In this document: positions 56,195 to 60,802 of the stretch, piece by piece
How the letters are laid out: each line of letters opens with the position of its first letter
How positions within the stretch are numbered: the first letter of the stretch is position 1
Assembly: GCA_043818835.1 (NCBI GenBank)
Contig: JBDRFK010000011.1
Coordinates: forward strand, 1 to 60,802
Reading direction: 5' to 3'
Origin: a bacterium
GTDB lineage: Bacteria > Patescibacteriota > Minisyncoccia > Portnoybacterales > UBA2143
DNA length: 60,802 nucleotides
The notes under the pieces: model-generated
Databases searched by the model: none
Seen by the model: the letters and a program-made list of their open reading frames with translations, nothing else
Told to the model about the DNA's origin: nothing
Program-made: the position numbers and the translations under genes

Positions 56195-56809
56195 ATGGCA
56201 GAGTTTATTTCAGGTGTTTTGAAGAGTAAGTATGAAAAGGTGATGAAGAAAAAAGAAAAAAAATATTTTTTTGATAAGCTATTTGCTATTAGAGAAAAAT
56301 TACAAGAATTATCTCAAAAAGACGGTGTTCCAGAGTTGGAATGGCAGTTATGGATTGACCAATATAATTTTTTATTAAAAATTAATGGTCAAGAAGAAAT
56401 AACCATTGAAGATGTAAAAAAAGGCAATGCGAAATGGCCGGTGAAGTGGGAGCCAGTAAAATTGTCTCCGATAGCGATTATTGTCTCGCCATGTATTGAT
56501 TTTGAGCCGATTTATGGTTTAATTCAGTTATTTTATGATGGTGATATTGTGGTTTATAATAGCATTGAAGCGCTTATTTATAAGTTATCACAAGGTAGTC
56601 GCGAATTGTCTGGAATTATTTCCTTGCGACTAAAAACTAATAAATTATCAATGCCTATTGATAATATTATTAGAAATAATCTTGGTTTGATGATGAATTA
56701 TGATGATTTTCAAATTAATCTTGTTTTAGATAATTTACCGCCTTGCTGTGACTATATCTATACGGGATCATATGATTTAATACGAAAAATAGATGAAATA
56801 ACGAATTAG
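56195..56809 (+). CDS. Hypothetical protein (204 aa)
   Basis: ggggagga RBS upstream. No motifs recognised. Confidence 0.5.
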   Translation: MAEFISGVLKSKYEKVMKKKEKKYFFDKLFAIREKLQELSQKDGVPELEWQLWIDQYNFLLKINGQEEITIEDVKKGNAKWPVKWEPVKLSPIAIIVSPCIDFEPIYGLIQLFYDGDIVVYNSIEALIYKLSQGSRELSGIISLRLKTNKLSMPIDNIIRNNLGLMMNYDDFQINLVLDNLPPCCDYIYTGSYDLIRKIDEITN

Positions 56810-56919
56810 GTTAGATCGGTAAAATACAAAGGGGCTCGAATTCGAGCTCCTTTAACACGCCATCTTGCTAAATTTTTATCAAAATTGTAATATATCAGTA
56901 TATTATTAACATAAAAAAT

Positions 56920-57471
56920 ATGAATATAACTTATATCATTTTAATAGTTTTAGTAGTTATTGTTTTGTGGCTTATTGGTGTGTTTAATGGCTTAATCCGA
57001 CTTCGTAATCGTACAGATGAGGCTTGGTCAGATATTGATGTTCAATTAAAACGTCGATATGATTTAATTCCTAATTTGGTAAATACAGTTAAGGGATATG
57101 CGCAACACGAAAGAGAGCTTTTTGAAAAAGTGACGGCAGCACGAACGGCGGCAATGGGCGCGCAGGGAACTGCTGAAAAAAATCAAGCCGAGAATGCCTT
57201 ATCGGGTACCTTAAAATCTTTGTTCGCGGTGGCGGAAAATTATCCAGACCTTAAAGCTAATCAAAATTTTTTAGAATTGCAAAAAGAATTATCTGATACA
57301 GAAAACAAAATTCAAGCAGCGCGCCGATTTTATAACGGCAATGTTCGTGATATTAATATCAAATTGCAAAAATTTCCTAACAATTTGGTAGCCGGCATGA
57401 TGGGCTTCAAAAAAAGAGACTTTTTCGAAGTAGATGGAGAAGAAAAAGAACCAGTTAAAGTGGATTTCTAA
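56920..57471 (+). CDS. lemA: LemA family protein
   Basis: N-terminal TM helix, RLRNRTDEAWSDIDVQLKRRYDLIPNLV. Confidence 0.9.
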   Translation: MNITYIILIVLVVIVLWLIGVFNGLIRLRNRTDEAWSDIDVQLKRRYDLIPNLVNTVKGYAQHERELFEKVTAARTAAMGAQGTAEKNQAENALSGTLKSLFAVAENYPDLKANQNFLELQKELSDTENKIQAARRFYNGNVRDINIKLQKFPNNLVAGMMGFKKRDFFEVDGEEKEPVKVDF

Positions 57472-57493
57472 TTTAACTTTTATTATTTGTTAT

Positions 57494-57532
57494 TTACTTA
57501 GTAACTTACTTAGTAACTAAGTTACTAAGTAA
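57494..57532. repeat. Three copies of the 12-mer ttacttagtaac (two direct, one inverted)
   Basis: 57494-505 and 57506-517 are direct copies, and 57521-532 is the reverse complement. Gives a 12-bp hairpin just before the htpX ATG. Confidence 0.8.
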
Positions 57533-57538
57533 TAGAAG

Positions 57539-58432
57539 ATGCCAACTCTATATACCCAAAAAGATGCAAATATCAGAAAAACGTGGCTGTTAATTACAGT
57601 TTTTTTGGTTTTGGTAATTGGAATTGGTTGGGCATTCAGTTATCAATTTAATAGTCCTATAATTTTAATAATTGCTGTTTTGTTCAGTTCAGCAATGAGT
57701 ATTACGTCATACTGGTATTCAGATAAAATTGTTTTGAAAATGAGTAAGGCAGTAGAAGTTAAGCACGATGAAAATCCTGATTTGTATCATATTGTAGAAA
57801 ATTTGTGTATTACGGCTGGACTGCCAACGCCAAAAATATATATTATTGATGAAATGGCGCCAAATGCTTTTGCGACGGGGCGTAATCCAGAACACGCGGT
57901 GGTGGCGGTTACGAAAGGTTTATTACAGATTTTAGATAGATCGGAATTAGAAGGTGTGATTGCTCATGAGTTAAGTCATATCGGTAATCGCGATATGCTT
58001 TTATCAGCGGTTGTAGTTGTTTTGGTGGGGATGATTGCCTTGTTGTCGGATTGGTTTTTGCGATGGACATTTCTGGGTGGTCGCCGAAGAGGAAGTCGTG
58101 ATAGTGGAGGCGACTTGGGTGTATTCTTGATGATTGTTGGTTTGGTATTAGCGATATTTTCACCAATTATCGCAATGATGATGCAAATGGCAATTTCAAG
58201 AAAAAGAGAATTTTTAGCGGATACTAGTGGTGCATTGTTGACTCGTTATCCAGAAGGCTTGGCGCGCGCGTTGGAAAAAATATCTCAATCACCAGCGAAA
58301 TTGTCAGTTGCTAATAAAGCTACGGCACATTTATATATTGCTAATCCATTGAGAGGGAAGAAGGTTTCAAAATTATTTATGACTCATCCGCCAATAGAGG
58401 AACGCCTCAAAGCGCTGAGAAGTATGCGATAA
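57539..58432 (+). CDS. htpX: Membrane zinc protease HtpX (M48)
   Basis: HELSHIGNRD and 4 TM segments. Confidence 0.92.
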   Translation: MPTLYTQKDANIRKTWLLITVFLVLVIGIGWAFSYQFNSPIILIIAVLFSSAMSITSYWYSDKIVLKMSKAVEVKHDENPDLYHIVENLCITAGLPTPKIYIIDEMAPNAFATGRNPEHAVVAVTKGLLQILDRSELEGVIAHELSHIGNRDMLLSAVVVVLVGMIALLSDWFLRWTFLGGRRRGSRDSGGDLGVFLMIVGLVLAIFSPIIAMMMQMAISRKREFLADTSGALLTRYPEGLARALEKISQSPAKLSVANKATAHLYIANPLRGKKVSKLFMTHPPIEERLKALRSMR

Positions 58433-58444
58433 TGTCAATTAACA

Positions 58445-58472
58445 TTGACAAAATATAAAAAGTTGATACAAT
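58445..58472 (+). promoter_or_regulatory. Putative pyk promoter
   Basis: TTGACA, 16 nt, TACAAT. Confidence 0.5.
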
Positions 58473-58549
58473 TTAACTACGGGATTATTAAAAATCCTGT
58501 CCATATATTAAAGAGGGTGTTTGGACGGGATTTTTGTTTTAAATATTTT

Positions 58550-59986
58550 ATGAAAAAAACAAAAATAGTAGCAACAATTGGGCCTGCGACCCGATCTATA
58601 GAAATGATTGAAAAACTGGTTGATGCTGGTTTAAATGTTGCGCGCCTAAACTTTTCTCATGATGTTTGTGAGGAACATGGAAAATCAATAAACTATATTC
58701 GCCAAGTATCTCAGGAAAAAGGACAAATAATTGCAATTATGCAAGATTTGCAGGGCGCGCGGGTGCGTACGGGTGTTTTACCAGAAGAAGGTATTAAAAT
58801 ATCAAAAGGTGAATTAATCGTTTTAGTTGATGAAAACGACATAAAAGATATTAATGTTCAAGATAAAAAAATTATACCAGTTACTTATAAGGGTCTAGTC
58901 AAAACTGTTGAAGTGGGTCATGAACTATATATTCAAGATAAATTAATAGAACTGATTACGCGCGAAGTAAATGATAAATACATTGTTTGCGAATCTAAAA
59001 GAGATGGGTTGATTTTAGAACATAAGGGAATTAATTTTCCACATAGTCATGTTGATTTGCCAACAATCACAGAGAAAGATAAGCGAGATGTTAAGTTTGG
59101 TATTGAAAAGCAAGTTGATTTTATTGCTTTATCTTTTGTTCGTTCTGGTGAAGATGTGTGTGAATTAAGAAATTTAATCAAGGAATATGCAGGCAAGGAT
59201 GCTGATAAATTTAGAATTGTAGTTAAAATAGAATGTCTTGAAGCAATAAAAAAGTTTGATGAAATTTTATCCGAAACTGATGCGGTAATGGTGGCACGAG
59301 GTGATTTAGGAATTGAATTGCCACCAGAAGACATTCCTTTTTTACAAAAAGATTTAATTGAAAAATGTGTAAAAGCGGCTAAGCCAGTAATTGTGGCGAC
59401 ACATATGTTGGATTCTATGATAAATAATCTGCACCCGACGCGCGCGGAAGTGAGTGATGTGGCTAATGCGGTTATTGATCATACTGATGCGGTGATGCTT
59501 TCTGGAGAAACCGCAAACGGTAAGTATCCAGTTGAATCTGTTGAAATGATGACAAAGATTATTAAAAAGACAGAAAGTTCGGCGTATAAGGAAGCAGCTA
59601 ATTACGAAGAAACAGAATTTAAATGTAGTGAATCTTCAATTTGTACTGCAGTAAGTGTGGCGGCAAGAAGTGTTGATATAAAAGCAATATTAGCCATGTC
59701 GTCTTCTGGGTTGATTGCCAGAACAATTTCTAAGTATCGTCCAAAACTACCTATTTTTGTAGCAACTGACAATATTAAAACTGCCAACCACTTAGTAATG
59801 AGTTGGGGAGTGATACCATTTAATATTACTATGTGTGATAGTGTTGATGAACTGATCAATAGAGCATTAGATAATTTGAAAAATAAGGAAATGATAAATG
59901 TTGATGATAAAATGATTATTGTCACAGGACAACCATTTGCTGAATTTGAAAGTTTAGATTCAGTAAGGATACATCAGGTAATTTAA
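58550..59986 (+). CDS. pyk: Pyruvate kinase
   Basis: MKKTKIVATIGPA...NFSH...MVARGDLGIE. Confidence 0.92.
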   Translation: MKKTKIVATIGPATRSIEMIEKLVDAGLNVARLNFSHDVCEEHGKSINYIRQVSQEKGQIIAIMQDLQGARVRTGVLPEEGIKISKGELIVLVDENDIKDINVQDKKIIPVTYKGLVKTVEVGHELYIQDKLIELITREVNDKYIVCESKRDGLILEHKGINFPHSHVDLPTITEKDKRDVKFGIEKQVDFIALSFVRSGEDVCELRNLIKEYAGKDADKFRIVVKIECLEAIKKFDEILSETDAVMVARGDLGIELPPEDIPFLQKDLIEKCVKAAKPVIVATHMLDSMINNLHPTRAEVSDVANAVIDHTDAVMLSGETANGKYPVESVEMMTKIIKKTESSAYKEAANYEETEFKCSESSICTAVSVAARSVDIKAILAMSSSGLIARTISKYRPKLPIFVATDNIKTANHLVMSWGVIPFNITMCDSVDELINRALDNLKNKEMINVDDKMIIVTGQPFAEFESLDSVRIHQVI

Positions 59987-60005
59987 TTTGAAAATTAGTT
60001 AAAAA

Positions 60006-60034
60006 ATAAACAGCTCAGGGTATGAGCTGTTTAT
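60006..60034 (+). terminator. Terminator hairpin, copy 3 (compensatory G-C to A-T change)
   Basis: aaacagctca-gggta-tgagctgttt plus a T-run. Confidence 0.8.
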
Positions 60035-60099
60035 TTTGTGTTTGATTTTAATGATTAAATATTGTAGAATATCAATGAATTGATTAGTATTTATTTTGC

Positions 60100-60243
60100 A
60101 TGATTAAATTAGTGTATTATGAAAATTTTAAAAATACATACGATGCAATTATTAGAGAAAAAGAAATTAAAAAATGGTCTAGAATTAAGAAAGTTAATTT
60201 AATAAAAAGTGTTAACCCAGATTTTAGAGAAATAGGTAATTAA
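60100..60243 (+). pseudogene. C-terminal remnant of a small GIY-YIG (UPF0213-like) nuclease gene
   Basis: VYYENFKNTYDAIIREKEIKKWSRIKK matches the C-terminal helix region. The GIY and YIG strands are absent. Confidence 0.5.
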
Positions 60244-60255
60244 ATAATCTCTGTT

Positions 60256-60335
60256 GTCATCTCGAGTAAAGCGAGAGATCTCATAATTGTAGTTTAAAAG
60301 CGGTGTGAGATTTCTCACTAACGTTTGAAATGACA
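60256..60335. repeat. Palindromic element (gtcatctcgag...tgagatttctcac...gaaatgaca) 11 nt before tRNA-Ser
   Basis: Same sub-type as 35029-35110. Confidence 0.8.
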
Positions 60336-60346
60336 AAAAACATTTT

Positions 60347-60434
60347 GGAGAGGTCGCATAGTGGCCGAGTGCGCCGCCTTGGAAAGGCGGTATATCGCAA
60401 GGTATCCAGGGTTCGAATCCCTGCCTCTCCGCCA
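60347..60434 (+). tRNA. tRNA-Ser (anticodon GGA), CCA encoded
   Basis: Acceptor ggagagg/cctctcc, anticodon stem ccgcc/ggcgg with loop ttGGAaa, long variable arm atatc-gcaa-ggtat, T-arm caggg-ttcgaat-ccctg. Confidence 0.92.
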
Positions 60435-60451
60435 AGTTACAATTTCAGAGT

Positions 60452-60680
60452 TTTGGGCGGAATGGCGGAAACGCTCCCGCCCCAACCGCGCCTTCGGCGC
60501 GGAAAGCGCAAGTGGGCAAAAATTCCTTCCCCCCAACCCCCTTCCTTTTTGCCCGCTGATTGCCTGTCCGCCTTTGGCGGAGGCTTCGCCACCAAAACTT
60601 TTCGGCGGGACGGCGGGACAGAAAATAAAAGAGAAGATAAAAGAGGAATAACGCTTGCCCCACCCACCCGTGCGCGCGTT
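60452..60680. repeat. GC-rich block of stacked hairpins downstream of tRNA-Ser
   Basis: gggcgg...ccgccc, ccgcgccttcggcgcgg (cUUCGg loop), tccgcctttggcgga (reverse complement of the core at 36690-36705). Confidence 0.6.
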
Positions 60681-60802
60681 ATGTCGAATGAACTCCCTAA
60701 TTTTGTTTGACTAAATGATAAAAATTTCATATACTAACTATTGATAAGTGATGATTTTAATACTATATAACTATAATAGTAAAACTATACGAATATGTCA
60801 AA

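Noticed and set aside
58445-58549. TTG start at 58445 for pyruvate kinase, and similarly 53985 for groES, 7881 for yebC and 13717 for tsaE
   Set aside because: The upstream extensions are not conserved-looking. The 58445 TTG is the TTGACA -35 box of a promoter, and the internal Met codons match the canonical N-termini.
60318-60730. Several overlapping 72-126-aa ORFs on both strands around tRNA-Ser and the GC-rich block
   Set aside because: They overlap a tRNA and each other. They exist only because GC-rich palindromic DNA lacks stop codons, and the translations are Arg/Gly/Pro-rich nonsense.

Overview
AT-rich bacterial chromosomal window using the standard genetic code (TGA is a stop). Gene content suggests a reduced-genome, CPR/Patescibacteria-like organism; that assignment is inference only. 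Most of the window is housekeeping: tyrS, ruvC, yebC, ruvB, a GspE/PilB-type ATPase, tsaE, the infC-rpmI-rplT operon, ssrA (tmRNA) next to smpB, argS, ileS, recO, glyQS, uvrA, uvrC, groES/groEL, lemA-htpX, pyk, holA, a standalone PolI-type 5' nuclease, a histidine kinase/response regulator pair, and tRNA-Ser(GGA). An accessory stretch at about 15.1-25 kb holds an M23 peptidase, a type II C5-methyltransferase/endonuclease/Vsr cassette, several small orphan ORFs, two tandem triphosphate-tunnel (VTC/CYTH-like) genes and a truncated SDR. Each tunnel gene is split by a -1 frame change at a slippery homopolymer. Main observations: (1) about 17 GC-rich palindromic elements with GTCATT...AATGAC termini, five of them inserted in frame into coding genes (ileS twice, uvrA, uvrC, a surface protein) and others in operon spacers; (2) the twin tunnel-fold genes plus a His/Asp-rich protein beside the R-M cassette, a candidate uncharacterised signalling or defence module; (3) a ruvC-linked 7TM + RimK-like ligase/retropepsin fusion + second ATP-grasp cluster; (4) a duplicated tmRNA 3' end; (5) a 1-kb segment bounded by 20-nt perfect inverted repeats whose inversion would fuse two ORFs in frame; (6) two unrelated genes sharing an identical promoter-upstream element and ribosome-binding cassette; (7) an in-frame TAA at codon 5 of uvrC. 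No CRISPR array, rRNA, transposase or prophage genes were seen. All homology calls come from motif recognition by eye, not database searches.
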